A DNA stretch of 64,000 nucleotides from the IMG/VR virus record IMGVR_UViG_3300000052_000006; one strand, given 5' to 3'. The notes under the pieces were generated by a model. That model was not told the origin of the DNA and searched no databases. It saw nothing but the letters and a program-made list of their open reading frames with translations. Source of the DNA: a virus. The translations under genes and the position numbers were made by a program. This document shows positions 50,352 to 61,200 of this stretch, piece after piece (the first letter of the stretch is position 1; each line of letters begins with the position of its first letter).

Positions 50352-52859
50352 GTGATGGAAGCGCACGCCGACTACCTCGAGTTTCTGCGCGAGAAGATGC
50401 CGCTCGCGACCTTCGACGGCTACGAGGTCGAGGACTGTGAGATCCACCCGCTGCTGAAACCGCACCAGCGCGCCGTGGTGCGCTGGGCGGTGAAGGGCGG
50501 CAACCGGGCGCTGTTCGAGGCCTTCGGCCTGGGCAAGTCCCTGCAGCAGATCGAGACGGTGCGCCTTACCCGTGCGCGCTGTGGTGGCAAGGCGCTGATC
50601 GTGTGCCCGCTGGGCGTGCGCCAGGAATTCCGCCGTGACGGCGAGAAGGTCGGCGTTCGGTTCCAGTTCATCCGTAGGCCCGAAGAGATGGAAGAGGGCT
50701 GCGATTTCTACCTGACGAACTACGAGTCGATCCGCGACGGCCGGCTCGATCCGCGGCAGTTCTCGGTGGTGAGCCTCGACGAGGCGAGCGTGCTGCGCTC
50801 CTACGGTTCGAAGACCTACCAGGAGTTCCTGCCGCTCTTCGCCGGGGTGAAGCATAAGTTCGTCGCGACCGCGACGCCGAGCCCGAACCGGTACAAGGAG
50901 CTGATCCACTACGCCGGCTTCCTCGGGATCATGGACACCGGGCAGGCCCTGACGCGGTTCTTCCAGCGCGACAGCACGCAGGCGAACAACCTGACGCTGT
51001 ACCCGCACAAGGAACAGGAATTCTGGCTGTGGCTGAATTCGTGGGCGGTGTTTCTGCAGCGCCCGTCCGACCTTGGCTTCGATGACGCCGGCTACGACCT
51101 GCCGCCGCTCGACGTGCGCTACCACGAGGTGACGACGAACCACGCCGCGGCCGGCGCCGAGAAGGACGGCCAGGGCCTGCTCTTCAAGGATGCCGCGATC
51201 GGCCTGCAGGCGGCGGCGCACGAGAAGCGCGACAGCCTGCCCGTGCGTATCGCGAAGATGCGCGAGATCCTCGCTGCGGACCCGGACAGCCACTACATCC
51301 TGTGGCACGACCTCGAGGCCGAGCGCCATGCGATCCAGGCGGCGGTGCCCTCGGCGGTGGCGATCTACGGAACGCAGGATCTGGACGAGCGCGAACAGGC
51401 AATCGTCGATTTCTCCGACGGCAAGTTCCAGTACCTGAGCGCGAAGCCGGAGATCGCCGGCAGCGGCTGCAACTTCCAGCGCCACTGCCACAAGGCGATC
51501 TTCCTGGGCATCGGCTACAGCTTCAACGACTTCATTCAGGCCATCCACCGGATCCAGCGCTTCCTGCAGGCGTACCCGGTGGAGATCCACATCATCCACT
51601 CGGAGGCCGAGCGCGAAATCCTGCGCACCCTGCAGGCGAAGTGGGTGCAGCACGAGGAGATGGTGGCGAACATGACCCAGATCATCAAGGAACACGGCCT
51701 GAACCATCTGTCGCTCGCCGACGTGCTCACGCGCACGATCGGGGTCGAGCGCATCGAGGTGCAGGGCGACCGCTTCACTGTCGCGAACAACGACTGCGTC
51801 ATCGAGGCGCGGCGCCAGCCGGCGGGTCACGTCGACCTGATCGTGACCTCGATCCCGTTCGCGAACCACTACGAATACACGCCGAGCTACAACGACTTCG
51901 GCCACACCGCGAACAACGATCACTTCTGGCGCCAGATGGATTTCCTGACGCCCGAGCTGCTGCGCATCCTGCGGCCCGGCCGGATCTACGCCTGCCACGT
52001 GAAGGACCGCATCCTGTTCGGCAACGTCACCGGCGCCGGCGCGCCGACGGTGTCGCCGTTCCACTGCGAGGCGATCATGCACGGCCTCAAGCACGGCTTC
52101 GACTACATGGGGATGATCACGGTCGTCACCGATGTCGTGCGCGAGAACAACCAGACCTACCGCCTGGGCTGGTCGGAGCAGTGCAAGGACGGCACGAAGA
52201 TGGGCGTCGGCTCGCCGGAGTATGTGCTGCTGTTCCGCAAGCCGCAGACCGACCGCAGCCGCGGCTATGCCGACCTGCCGGTGACGAAGAGCAAGGCCGA
52301 CTACACCCGCGCGCGCTGGCAGGTCGATGCGCATGCGTTCTGGCGCTCGAGCGGCAACCGCCAGCTGACGGCCGAGGAGCTCGCAGGCCTGGGCCCCGAC
52401 AAGCTCGCCAAGGCCTTCACCGAGTACAGCCTCGCCAACGTCTATGACTACGATTTCCACGTTCGCATCGGTGAGGAGCTGGAAGCGCGGGGATCGCTGC
52501 CGTCGTCGTTCATGAGCCTCGCCCCGGGCAGCCACCACGCTGAGGTCTGGCATGACGTCAATCGCATGCTCACGCTCAACGGGCAGCAGACGCAGCGCGG
52601 CCTGCAGAACCACGTTTGCCCGCTGCAGTTCGACATCGTCGATCGGCTGATCACGCGCTACAGCAACGCGGGCGAGCTGGTCTATGACCCGTTTTGCGGC
52701 CTCGGAACCGTGCCGTATCGCGCACTGAAGCTCGGGCGTCGCGGGCAGGGCTCCGAACTCAACACCGGCTACTTCTTCGACTCCGTGCAGTACCTGAAGG
52801 CGATGGAGCGCGAGGTTTCGATGCCGAGCCTGTTCGATGTGATGGACGAGGCTGCCTGA
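50352..52859 (+). CDS. Copy 2 of the helicase-methyltransferase fusion
   Basis: Identical at +44,902. Confidence 0.88.
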   Translation: MMEAHADYLEFLREKMPLATFDGYEVEDCEIHPLLKPHQRAVVRWAVKGGNRALFEAFGLGKSLQQIETVRLTRARCGGKALIVCPLGVRQEFRRDGEKVGVRFQFIRRPEEMEEGCDFYLTNYESIRDGRLDPRQFSVVSLDEASVLRSYGSKTYQEFLPLFAGVKHKFVATATPSPNRYKELIHYAGFLGIMDTGQALTRFFQRDSTQANNLTLYPHKEQEFWLWLNSWAVFLQRPSDLGFDDAGYDLPPLDVRYHEVTTNHAAAGAEKDGQGLLFKDAAIGLQAAAHEKRDSLPVRIAKMREILAADPDSHYILWHDLEAERHAIQAAVPSAVAIYGTQDLDEREQAIVDFSDGKFQYLSAKPEIAGSGCNFQRHCHKAIFLGIGYSFNDFIQAIHRIQRFLQAYPVEIHIIHSEAEREILRTLQAKWVQHEEMVANMTQIIKEHGLNHLSLADVLTRTIGVERIEVQGDRFTVANNDCVIEARRQPAGHVDLIVTSIPFANHYEYTPSYNDFGHTANNDHFWRQMDFLTPELLRILRPGRIYACHVKDRILFGNVTGAGAPTVSPFHCEAIMHGLKHGFDYMGMITVVTDVVRENNQTYRLGWSEQCKDGTKMGVGSPEYVLLFRKPQTDRSRGYADLPVTKSKADYTRARWQVDAHAFWRSSGNRQLTAEELAGLGPDKLAKAFTEYSLANVYDYDFHVRIGEELEARGSLPSSFMSLAPGSHHAEVWHDVNRMLTLNGQQTQRGLQNHVCPLQFDIVDRLITRYSNAGELVYDPFCGLGTVPYRALKLGRRGQGSELNTGYFFDSVQYLKAMEREVSMPSLFDVMDEAA

Positions 52860-52870
52860 CGAGCGCCGCC

Positions 52871-53785
52871 ATGAACTACTACCCATTCCACATCGGCGAC
52901 TACCTCAGCGCAACCCGGCATCTGAGCTGGGCCGAGGACTGCGCCTACCGCCGCCTGCTCGACACCTACTACGTGTCGGAGAAGCCGCTTCCGTCCGATC
53001 TGCGCGCCGTCTGCCGCCTTGTCCTGGCGACGACCGATGAGCAGCGTGAGGCCGTGAAGGTGGTGCTCGAAGAGTTCTTCGAGCTCGCCGAGGACGGCTG
53101 GATCAACGCGCGTGCCGATCGGGAAATCGCCGCGATGCGGGAGAAGCAGGAGAAGCAGCGCGCGAAGGCAAACAAGCGCTGGCAGAAGCCACGCGAGGAA
53201 CCCGGCAATGCATCGGCACTGCCGCAGCATGAAGAAAGCGATGCCGCGGCACAAAAAACCGATGCCGATGCAATGCCACCAACACCAACACCAACACCAA
53301 AAGGTAAACCCCCTACCTCTCCTGTCGGAGAGGTATCCCCCCCAAGCGATGAAACGCCGAGCGTTACCGAAACGCCCGATGCGTCGCCTTCGGCTCCGCC
53401 GCATCTGGACGGCGAGCAATGCAGCCTGGTCTCGCTCCCTGCAAAACCCGATGCACGAGGAACCAGGCTCTCTGCCGACTGGCGGCTACCGAAGGCCTGG
53501 GGCGAATGGGCATTGCAGGAGCGCCCGACCTGGAACGCGGATGCCGTCCGTGCCGTGAGCGAGCGCTTCCGCGATCACTGGATCGCGAAGCCCGGCAAGG
53601 ACGGCCGCAAAGCCGACTGGCTCGCGACCTGGCGCAACTGGGTGCGCCGCGAATCTGATCCGCAACCCGCATCCGCACCGAGGAGATCGATCCATGACCA
53701 GCGCAGCGCGACAATCGCCGCCCTCACCGGGGCATCGGGCAGCAGTGACGACATCCTCGATGGCCAGCTCCGTGTCCTTGGTTGA
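52871..53785 (+). CDS. Copy 2 of the YdaU/O-like initiator
   Basis: Identical at +44,902. Confidence 0.88.
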   Translation: MNYYPFHIGDYLSATRHLSWAEDCAYRRLLDTYYVSEKPLPSDLRAVCRLVLATTDEQREAVKVVLEEFFELAEDGWINARADREIAAMREKQEKQRAKANKRWQKPREEPGNASALPQHEESDAAAQKTDADAMPPTPTPTPKGKPPTSPVGEVSPPSDETPSVTETPDASPSAPPHLDGEQCSLVSLPAKPDARGTRLSADWRLPKAWGEWALQERPTWNADAVRAVSERFRDHWIAKPGKDGRKADWLATWRNWVRRESDPQPASAPRRSIHDQRSATIAALTGASGSSDDILDGQLRVLG

Positions 53786-54293
53786 GCGCATCTTCGCCCG
53801 CATGGCCGCGTTCTACGGTTCGCGCTTTGCCGACATGTGGCGCGACGCCGACCCGGCCGAGCTCAAGCGGGTATGGGCCGAGGAGCTGGCCGACCTCACC
53901 CCCGCGGAGATCGCCCGCGGCATCGACGGCTGCCGCACCCGCGACTGGCCGCCGACGCTGCCCGAGTTCCTGCGCCTGTGCCGGCCTGCACCCGACTACG
54001 AGGCCGCGTTCTGCGAGGCCGCCGAGCAGATGTACCGCCGCCAGCAGGGGGAGGACCGCTGGAGCGATGTGGCGATCTACTGGGCCGCGACGTGGATGGG
54101 GCGCGACGTGATGGCGGTGGCCTACGAGCCGGTGAAGGGGCGCTGGAGGGCGAATCTCGACCTCGCCCGGCAGGCGATCCGCGCCGGCGAGCTGCCCGAC
54201 GTGGTGCCGCCGCGCATGACGGCGCTGCCCACGCCGGGCGCGACCGTGGCCTCGGCCGACGATGCCCGGGCGATCCTGCGGGGCGGGGCATGA
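53760..54293 (+). CDS. Copy 2 of the P-like loader
   Basis: Identical at +44,902. Confidence 0.75.
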   Translation: MASSVSLVERIFARMAAFYGSRFADMWRDADPAELKRVWAEELADLTPAEIARGIDGCRTRDWPPTLPEFLRLCRPAPDYEAAFCEAAEQMYRRQQGEDRWSDVAIYWAATWMGRDVMAVAYEPVKGRWRANLDLARQAIRAGELPDVVPPRMTALPTPGATVASADDARAILRGGA

Positions 54294-55663
54294 ATGCGCC
54301 GCTGCCGCTGAATGCGGTGTCGATCGAGGCCGAGCAGTCGCTGCTGGGCGGGCTGCTGATCGACAACGGCGCATTCGATCGCATCGCCGGGCTGGTGACG
54401 GAGGCGGACCTGTACCGCGAGGACCACCGCCGCATCTTTCGCACCATCGCCCGCCTGCTCGAGGCGGGCAAGCCGGCCGACTTCCTGACCGTGACCGAGG
54501 CGCTGGAGACGGCCGGAGAGCTCGGCCAGTCGGGCGGCATGGCCTACCTGGCCGAGCTCGCGGACGCGACCGCGTCGACGGCCAACATTCGCCGCTATGC
54601 CGAGATCGTGCGTGAGCGCGGCGCGGTGCGCCGACTGCTCGCCGCCGGCGACGAGATCACCGCGATCGCCACTGCGGCCGGGATGACGCTGGCGGAGAAG
54701 ACCGATCGGGCGCAGGCGCTGGTGATGGCCGCCGGGGGCGAGTCGGCTGGCGAGGACCTCGTCGGCATGGACCGGCTGGCGCAGCTGCTCACCGTCGATC
54801 TGCAGCAGCGCGCCGAGCGGGGAGGGCGGCCGACCGGGCTCGCGACGGGCTTTGTCGATCTCGACGAGATCACCAGCGGGCTGCAGCGCTCGGATCTGAT
54901 CGTCGTTGCGGGGCGGCCGGGCATGGGGAAGACGGCGATCGCGCTCAACGCCGGGCGCGCGATCGCAAGCACCGGGGAGCCGGCGCTGGTGATCACCCTC
55001 GAGATGCCCGCCGTGCAACTCGGCCACCGCCTCGTCGCGGACATCGGCCGGGTGTCGATGAGCAAGATCCGCAAGGGCCAGCTCACGCACGACGAGTGGC
55101 ACGAGGTCAGCCACGCGATGGAGCGCATCCGGGCGCTGCCGATGCGGATCTCGGATGCCGCAGCGCCGACCGTGATGCAGGTGCGGGCGATGGCCAGGAA
55201 GGCGCGGCGCGAGATGGGCGGCCTGGGCGTGGTGGTGGTCGATTACCTGCAGCTGATGACCGGCAGCGGCGAGCACCGCGCCGAGCAGATCGCGAGCATC
55301 AGCCGCGGCTTGAAGGCGCTGGCGAAGGAGCTCGACTGCGTGGTGATCGCGCTGAGCCAGCTCAACCGCGCGCTCGAGCAGCGCCCGAACAAGCGCCCGG
55401 TGATGTCGGACCTGCGCGAGTCCGGCGCGATCGAGCAGGACGCCGACCTGATCCTGTTCGTGTATCGCGACGAGATCTACAACCCGAATTCGGCCGACGC
55501 CGGTACCGCCGAGCTGATCCTCGGCAAGCACCGAAACGGCCCGCTCGGAACTGTCCGCCTGGCCTACCTGGGCGAGAACGTGCGCTTCGAGAACCTTGCG
55601 AAGGGCTGGAAGCCGAGCGCACCGGTGAAGTTCAGTGGATACGACGATGGATTCGAGGAGTAG
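54290..55663 (+). CDS. dnaB: Copy 2 of the DnaB helicase
   Basis: Identical at +44,902. Confidence 0.95.
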   Translation: MNAPLPLNAVSIEAEQSLLGGLLIDNGAFDRIAGLVTEADLYREDHRRIFRTIARLLEAGKPADFLTVTEALETAGELGQSGGMAYLAELADATASTANIRRYAEIVRERGAVRRLLAAGDEITAIATAAGMTLAEKTDRAQALVMAAGGESAGEDLVGMDRLAQLLTVDLQQRAERGGRPTGLATGFVDLDEITSGLQRSDLIVVAGRPGMGKTAIALNAGRAIASTGEPALVITLEMPAVQLGHRLVADIGRVSMSKIRKGQLTHDEWHEVSHAMERIRALPMRISDAAAPTVMQVRAMARKARREMGGLGVVVVDYLQLMTGSGEHRAEQIASISRGLKALAKELDCVVIALSQLNRALEQRPNKRPVMSDLRESGAIEQDADLILFVYRDEIYNPNSADAGTAELILGKHRNGPLGTVRLAYLGENVRFENLAKGWKPSAPVKFSGYDDGFEE

Positions 55664-55672
55664 GGGGCAGAC

Positions 55673-56272
55673 ATGGACCGAATCGCACAAACGAGCCTGC
55701 TTGATCCGCTGGGTGATGCGCCTGCAGAAGGAGGCGAGGCAGACGTTCTACGAGACGTGGGCGAGGCGGCACGGCAAGGCGAGCACGCTGGTGCTGATCG
55801 AGGAGGTGAAGCAGGCGCACCGCTCGACATCCGCTTCGTGATCCCCGGCGAGCCGAAGGGGAAGGGCCGCCACCGCTCGCGGATCGCGAAGATGGGCAAC
55901 GGCAAGCAGTTCGTCGCGCACTACGCCCCGAAGGACACCGTCGAGTACGAAAACCTGGTGCGCATGGCCGCAATGCAGGCGATGGCAGGGCGCGTGCCGA
56001 GCGAACGCCCGGTGCTGGTCGAACTCGTTGCCACCTGCTCGGTACCGGCCAGCTGGTCGCAGAAGAAGCGGCGCGCGGCACTGATGGGCGAGGTGATGCC
56101 GACCGGGAAGCCCGATCTGGATAACGGGCTGAAGGCCGTGCTCGACGGGCTGAACAAGATCGTGGTGAAGGACGACGCCCAGGTGTGCCGTGTCGGCATG
56201 AGCAAACAGTACGGCGAGACCCCGCGTGTGTTCGTACGGGTGGTGGAGCTGCATGCGAGGAGTGCGCGGTGA
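55673..56272 (+). CDS. rusA: Copy 2 of RusA
   Basis: Identical at +44,902. Confidence 0.88.
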   Translation: MDRIAQTSLLDPLGDAPAEGGEADVLRDVGEAARQGEHAGADRGGEAGAPLDIRFVIPGEPKGKGRHRSRIAKMGNGKQFVAHYAPKDTVEYENLVRMAAMQAMAGRVPSERPVLVELVATCSVPASWSQKKRRAALMGEVMPTGKPDLDNGLKAVLDGLNKIVVKDDAQVCRVGMSKQYGETPRVFVRVVELHARSAR

Positions 56273-56393
56273 TCGCGGCCCTCAAAGCGATTGGCTGGGC
56301 GGTTCTGGTGATCTGCATCTTGATCTTCGCCATCGGCCTGGTCGCTGTTCGCGACATGCTGCGGCGGATGGACAACGATCCGGAGGGATATTG

Positions 56394-56645
56394 ATGGCCG
56401 ACCTGGTCCACCGCCTGCGCCAGCTCGCCGCGCTCGGCGTCGACATCGCCGGGGAGGCGGCTGATGCGCTGGAGCGCGAGCAGGCGGCCACCACTCCGAT
56501 GCGATCGGCGCTGGCCTGGTATGCCGAAACCGGGAACTGGAAACGTTCGACGCGAGGCCGCTCGTGGTCGAACTCGTCGGCGGCAGAAGACCGCGGCTCG
56601 CTGGCGCGGATGGTGCTGCTCGAGCAGGGAGGCGGGCAGGGATGA
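56394..56645 (+). CDS. Copy 2 of 11492-11743
   Basis: Identical at +44,902. Confidence 0.6.
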   Translation: MADLVHRLRQLAALGVDIAGEAADALEREQAATTPMRSALAWYAETGNWKRSTRGRSWSNSSAAEDRGSLARMVLLEQGGGQG

Positions 56646-57067
56646 GCGCGGTCACGCAGACGCTGTTCAGGGAGTTCGTGATCCGGACGCCGGACGTCGC
56701 GTTCGCGCTTGCCGGCTACCTGAAGCAGCACGCCGGCCTTGCCGCGGCCCGCGGGCGGCCGCTGCGGGTGCTCGTCGTGGAAGCGGACCAGCCGCGGACG
56801 CTCGCGCAGAACAAACGGTATTTCGGCTTTCTCCTGAAGGCCATCGCCGCTCAGGCGTGGGTCGACGGCCGTCAGTATTCCGCAGAGGTATGGCACGACC
56901 ACCTGGCGGCTGAAATGGGCTTCCTGCAGGAGGTCGTCATGCCGTCGGGCGAGATCGTCGTACGCCGCCGCAGCACGACCGAGATGTCCGTCGCCGAGTT
57001 CTCCGACTTCATGCAACGCGTCGAGGCCTACGCCGCGACCGAACTGGGAGTGCGATTCCATGAGTAA
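56642..57067 (+). CDS. ninB: Copy 2 of NinB
   Basis: Identical at +44,902. Confidence 0.85.
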   Translation: MSAVTQTLFREFVIRTPDVAFALAGYLKQHAGLAAARGRPLRVLVVEADQPRTLAQNKRYFGFLLKAIAAQAWVDGRQYSAEVWHDHLAAEMGFLQEVVMPSGEIVVRRRSTTEMSVAEFSDFMQRVEAYAATELGVRFHE

Positions 57068-57335
57068 CGCAGCAAAGCGGCACATGGGCCGCGTGGCACA
57101 GCTTCCATGCTGCCTGTGCGGCGCGATTCCCGTGCAGGTCCACCACCTCCGGGAAGGCGATACCGCCGGCGCTGGCCAGCGTGCGAATGACTGGCTGACG
57201 ATCCCGCTGTGCCCAGAGCACCACACCGGTGCCACCGGCGTGCATGGCGACAAGTCGATGCTGCGGCTCGTCGGAAAGAACGAGCACGACCTGCTCGGCG
57301 AGACACTGGAGCGGCTGTATGGGGGGCTGCGCTGA
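57060..57335 (+). CDS. Copy 2 of the DUF968/Ref-like nuclease
   Basis: Identical at +44,902. Confidence 0.7.
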   Translation: MSNAAKRHMGRVAQLPCCLCGAIPVQVHHLREGDTAGAGQRANDWLTIPLCPEHHTGATGVHGDKSMLRLVGKNEHDLLGETLERLYGGLR

Positions 57336-57547
57336 TGGCCGGCTACCGCTCACCCCTGGGCCGGCTGCTGCCCGATCCCATCGACGCCGAACGCATCAAG
57401 CGTGAGGCCTGGCGCGACGACAAGATCCTCGTGGTGAACCTCAACGATGAGCGCCTGGATTTCGTGCAGCGCGAGTTCGTGCGCCAGATCGGAGACAAGC
57501 TGTTCGGGCGACCGAAGGTTTTCACGAGCAAGGCCCCGCCGCGATGA
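57335..57547 (+). CDS. Copy 2 of 12433-12645
   Basis: Identical at +44,902. Confidence 0.55.
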   Translation: MAGYRSPLGRLLPDPIDAERIKREAWRDDKILVVNLNDERLDFVQREFVRQIGDKLFGRPKVFTSKAPPR

Positions 57548-57732
57548 ACGCCGCAGATGAGCGACTGACCGCGCCGATCCCAGAGCCCTGCAGGACATGC
57601 CAGAACCGGGAGCAGTGGATGGTTCTTGGAGTGGAGCGCAATCGATGCCTTTCCGGACACCCGATGCATGAAGGCTGCGGCTGGTACAGGCCAGCGGCCA
57701 GCTCACTGAGCAAGGAGCACGCCACGACATGA
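57544..57732 (+). CDS. Copy 2 of 12642-12830
   Basis: Identical at +44,902. Confidence 0.5.
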   Translation: MNAADERLTAPIPEPCRTCQNREQWMVLGVERNRCLSGHPMHEGCGWYRPAASSLSKEHATT

Positions 57733-58328
57733 CGACATCCACGGAGACTTTGCGCATGACGACTGCCGTCGAACCGATATTCGAGAGCACGCACAACGCG
57801 CTCACCTTCGCTTTCAACTACAGCCTGCAGCAATATGACGCGCCGCCAATGGCGCGGCTCATGCGCAAGGCGATTGGTAGCGGGAAAGGCCTGGTCGGAC
57901 TTGATGGCGCGGCCCAGTCCGGCTTCATCAGGGCCGAGGTGGCGCGCCTGCCGATCGAGCAGCAGATGGTTCTGATTGCCCGCTTTGCGCCATCCACGCA
58001 AGAGTGCGATTGCGGCCGACCGTGCTGCAGCGGGAAGACCGCGGGGAAGGAGTGGTATGAAGCGATTGGGTGGCTGACCAGCTATGCCATGCGCGCCGCC
58101 CTTACTGGGTGCGTGTCGCATCACAGGCTGCGCCAGGCGCTTGTGATGCGCGCCTTCGGATTCAAGACAGCCAGCCTGGACGCTCTCGCCGAGACCGCGT
58201 CGGTGCATCGGAATACCGTCAGCGACCAGAACCAGCGGGTGCAGCGGCACATGAGGGAGATCGAGACCGCCGCCGCTCGGGCGATCGACGAGCGGCTGCG
58301 AAACTGCGGGATGGTTGGCAACGGGTGA
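57729..58328 (+). CDS. Copy 2 of the Q-position regulator
   Basis: Identical at +44,902. Confidence 0.6.
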   Translation: MTTSTETLRMTTAVEPIFESTHNALTFAFNYSLQQYDAPPMARLMRKAIGSGKGLVGLDGAAQSGFIRAEVARLPIEQQMVLIARFAPSTQECDCGRPCCSGKTAGKEWYEAIGWLTSYAMRAALTGCVSHHRLRQALVMRAFGFKTASLDALAETASVHRNTVSDQNQRVQRHMREIETAAARAIDERLRNCGMVGNG

Positions 58329-58341
58329 GGATGCGCGGCGC

Positions 58342-58516
58342 TTGACTGTGCAGCAGATGCACTGTATAAGCCGAAAACATATACACGGGATCAGTCCCGA
58401 TGAAGCCCGCCGCCGGAAGGTCGCGGGCTTTTGCTTTTCAGGATGCATCGCCCGAAAGGAGGTGGTCTGTGTCCGAGCGGGTGCAAGGCCCGCGGCGCTG
58501 AGAAGCGCACACATCC
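58342..58516 (+). promoter_or_regulatory. Copy 2 of the late promoter, tR' and structured leader
   Basis: Identical at +44,902. Confidence 0.6.
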
Positions 58517-58531
58517 CGCAGCAGGAACACG

Positions 58532-58861
58532 GTGAAACTCAAAACGTTGAAGAGTCGTCTGCCGACGCTGGGCAGCAGCCTGTCGAACGTGCCTCGGATC
58601 GGTGCGACCCCACGGCAGCGCGGCTCGGTGTGGATGAGACGCCGTGAGCAGTGGCTGCACCACAACCCGCTTTGTGTCGAATGCATGCGAGCGGGCAGGG
58701 CGGCCGCAGCAGAGGAAGTCGACCACGTGATCCCGCTCGCAGACGGTGGGGATGACGACGAAAGCAACCTGCAGTCGCTCTGCAAGCCATGCCACATGGC
58801 GAAAACAGCGCGGGAGGCTGCGGCGAGGGCGAGAGGGGAGATAAGCCCCCCCGGGGGGTGA
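58532..58861 (+). CDS. Copy 2 of the HNH endonuclease
   Basis: Identical at +44,902. Confidence 0.9.
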   Translation: MKLKTLKSRLPTLGSSLSNVPRIGATPRQRGSVWMRRREQWLHHNPLCVECMRAGRAAAAEEVDHVIPLADGGDDDESNLQSLCKPCHMAKTAREAAARARGEISPPGG

Positions 58862-58967
58862 ATCTTTACGCCATGGGGGTGCCGACACCGCGCTCCCTCT
58901 CACGCGCAGGTTTTTTTTCATCCGTGTGAATTTTCGGCTGGTGTCCATTTTTGCGCAGAAACCCGAC

Positions 58968-59372
58968 ATGACACGACCCGCCTACAAACCGACCGCCGCA
59001 GCCAGGCGCCGCGTGGCAATCGCGGCCGGCGCGGGCATGTCGCACGAGGAGATCGCGGTCGCACTCGGGATCTCGCGCAACACGCTGGAAAAGCACTTCG
59101 AGCACGATCTCTCGGTGGGGGCCTACCAGCGGAGAATGGAAGTGCTCGCCGCGATGCATGCGGCTGCGAAAAAGGGCAATGTGGCCGCGTGCAAGGCCTA
59201 CATCGCCATGACGCCAAATCTGGCGGCACCACCGACGCCCGACGGAGACAGCAAGCCCGCCGCGAAGGCCCCGCCGATCGGCAAGAAGGCCCAGGCGCAA
59301 GAGGGCGCGAAGACAGCGCACCTCGGCACCGATTGGGCAGACTTGCTCGATAGGCCTGCGCTGCCGCAGTGA
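58968..59372 (+). CDS. terS: Copy 2 of the terminase small subunit
   Basis: Identical at +44,902. Confidence 0.8.
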   Translation: MTRPAYKPTAAARRRVAIAAGAGMSHEEIAVALGISRNTLEKHFEHDLSVGAYQRRMEVLAAMHAAAKKGNVAACKAYIAMTPNLAAPPTPDGDSKPAAKAPPIGKKAQAQEGAKTAHLGTDWADLLDRPALPQ

Positions 59373-61045
59373 GCTGGGATCTCAGCTGCCCAGACTGGGT
59401 CGAGCGGCTCAAGTCGGGTCGCTCGCTCGTGCCGACGCTGCCACTCAATGTCGCCGAGGGCGAGCGTGCGGTCGCGGTATTCAACAAGCTGCGCCTGGCC
59501 GACGTGCCGGGTACGCCGGCGATGGCGGAAGCCGGAGGCGACTGGTTTCGTGACATCGTCCGCGCGCTGTTCGGTTCGCTCGACCCGGTCACCAAGGCGC
59601 GGATGATCCGCGAGCTGTTCCTGCTGGTACCGAAAAAGAACAGCAAGACGACCAATGGCGCGCTGCTGATGCTGACCGCGCTGCTCCTGAACGAGCGGCC
59701 GCGCGCTCCTTTCCTACTGACTGCCCCGGTGCAGAAGACGGCCGATGAGGCGTTCTCTGCGATTGCCGGCGCGATCGCGCTCGACCCGGTGCTCGATGCG
59801 AAGCTTCATGTGCGCGATCACCTGAAGATGATCCTTCACCGCGAGACGAATGCGCGACTGGAGATCACCACCTTCGACCCAGCCATCATGACCGGCAAGA
59901 AGGTCGTCGGTGCGCTGGTCGATGAAGAGCATGTGCTCGGCAAGATGGCGCGGGCCGACAAGGCGATGCTGCAGTTGCGTGGCGGCATGCAGCCGTTCCC
60001 CGAGGCGTTCCTCGCGATCATCACGACGCAGAGCGACGAAGCCCCTGCCGGGGTCTTCCGGGACGATTTGAAGAAAGCGCGTGATGTGCGTGACGGCAAG
60101 CGGCAGAGCGCCATCCTGCCGGTGCTCTACGAGTTCCCGGACGAGATGCAGCGCGACCGGAACAAGCCGTGGCGCGATCCGGCGGTGTGGTCGCTCGTAA
60201 CACCGAACGTCAATCGCTCGATCTCGATCGACCGCCTGGCTGCCGACTTCGCCGACGAAGAGGCAAAAGGCGAGGCGGCACTGCGGCTATGGGCCTCGCA
60301 GCACCTGAATATCGAGATCGGCGTGGTGCTGCGCTCTGACGGTTGGGCTGGGGCTGACTTCTGGGAACAGGCGACTGACTTTGCGGTAACGCTCGACTAC
60401 GTCCTTGCGCGCTGTGAGGTCGCGGTGATCGGGATCGACGGGGGCGGCCTGGACGATCTGCTCGGCCTGACGGTGGTCGGGCGCGAGCGCGAGACGCGCC
60501 GCTGGCTCACATGGAGCCACGCTTGGGCGCACAAGATCGTGCTCGAGCGCCGCAAGGAAATTGCCCCTCGGCTGCTCGACTTCGTGCAGGCGGGCGACCT
60601 GACGCTGGTCGAGCGCCCGGGCGACGACGTCCAGGGGGTGGCCGACGCCGTGTGCCGCGTGAAGGACGCTGGCCTGCTGCCAGACGAGAAGGCGGTCGGC
60701 GTTGATGCGGCCGGGATCACCGATGTCGTCGACGAGCTCGTCACCGAGACACGCGGCATCACCCTCGATCAGATCGTTGCGATCAGCCAGGGTTGGCGGC
60801 TGAACGGGGCGATCAAGACCACCGAGCGCAAGGTCGCCGGACGCGAACTGATCCACGGCGGGCAGCCGCTCATGGCTTGGTGCGTCGGAAATGCCCGCGT
60901 CGAAGAGAAGGGCAACGCGATCTCGGTGACCAAGCAGGCGAGCGGCAAAGCCAAGATCGATCCGCTGATGGCGCTTTTCGACGCTGTGTCGCTGATGGCG
61001 CTGAACCCGGCTGCGTCCGGGCGTTCATTTTGGGAGTCCGCGTGA
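59369..61045 (+). CDS. terL: Copy 2 of the terminase large subunit
   Basis: Identical at +44,902. Confidence 0.95.
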   Translation: MSWDLSCPDWVERLKSGRSLVPTLPLNVAEGERAVAVFNKLRLADVPGTPAMAEAGGDWFRDIVRALFGSLDPVTKARMIRELFLLVPKKNSKTTNGALLMLTALLLNERPRAPFLLTAPVQKTADEAFSAIAGAIALDPVLDAKLHVRDHLKMILHRETNARLEITTFDPAIMTGKKVVGALVDEEHVLGKMARADKAMLQLRGGMQPFPEAFLAIITTQSDEAPAGVFRDDLKKARDVRDGKRQSAILPVLYEFPDEMQRDRNKPWRDPAVWSLVTPNVNRSISIDRLAADFADEEAKGEAALRLWASQHLNIEIGVVLRSDGWAGADFWEQATDFAVTLDYVLARCEVAVIGIDGGGLDDLLGLTVVGRERETRRWLTWSHAWAHKIVLERRKEIAPRLLDFVQAGDLTLVERPGDDVQGVADAVCRVKDAGLLPDEKAVGVDAAGITDVVDELVTETRGITLDQIVAISQGWRLNGAIKTTERKVAGRELIHGGQPLMAWCVGNARVEEKGNAISVTKQASGKAKIDPLMALFDAVSLMALNPAASGRSFWESA

Positions 61046-61200
61046 AATCACTGCTCCAATCGATGCTACCGGACGCGCTGATGGTCGCCGGGACAGCCTG
61101 CGTGTCATATGGTGCGTGGCTGGTGTATGAACCGGCCGGATTTATCGCGGGCGGCGTGCTGCTGGTGACGGCCGGCGTCCTGACCGCGAGGGTGAAGTAA
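61042..61200 (+). CDS. Copy 2 of the small membrane protein
   Basis: Identical at +44,902. Confidence 0.65.
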   Translation: MKSLLQSMLPDALMVAGTACVSYGAWLVYEPAGFIAGGVLLVTAGVLTARVK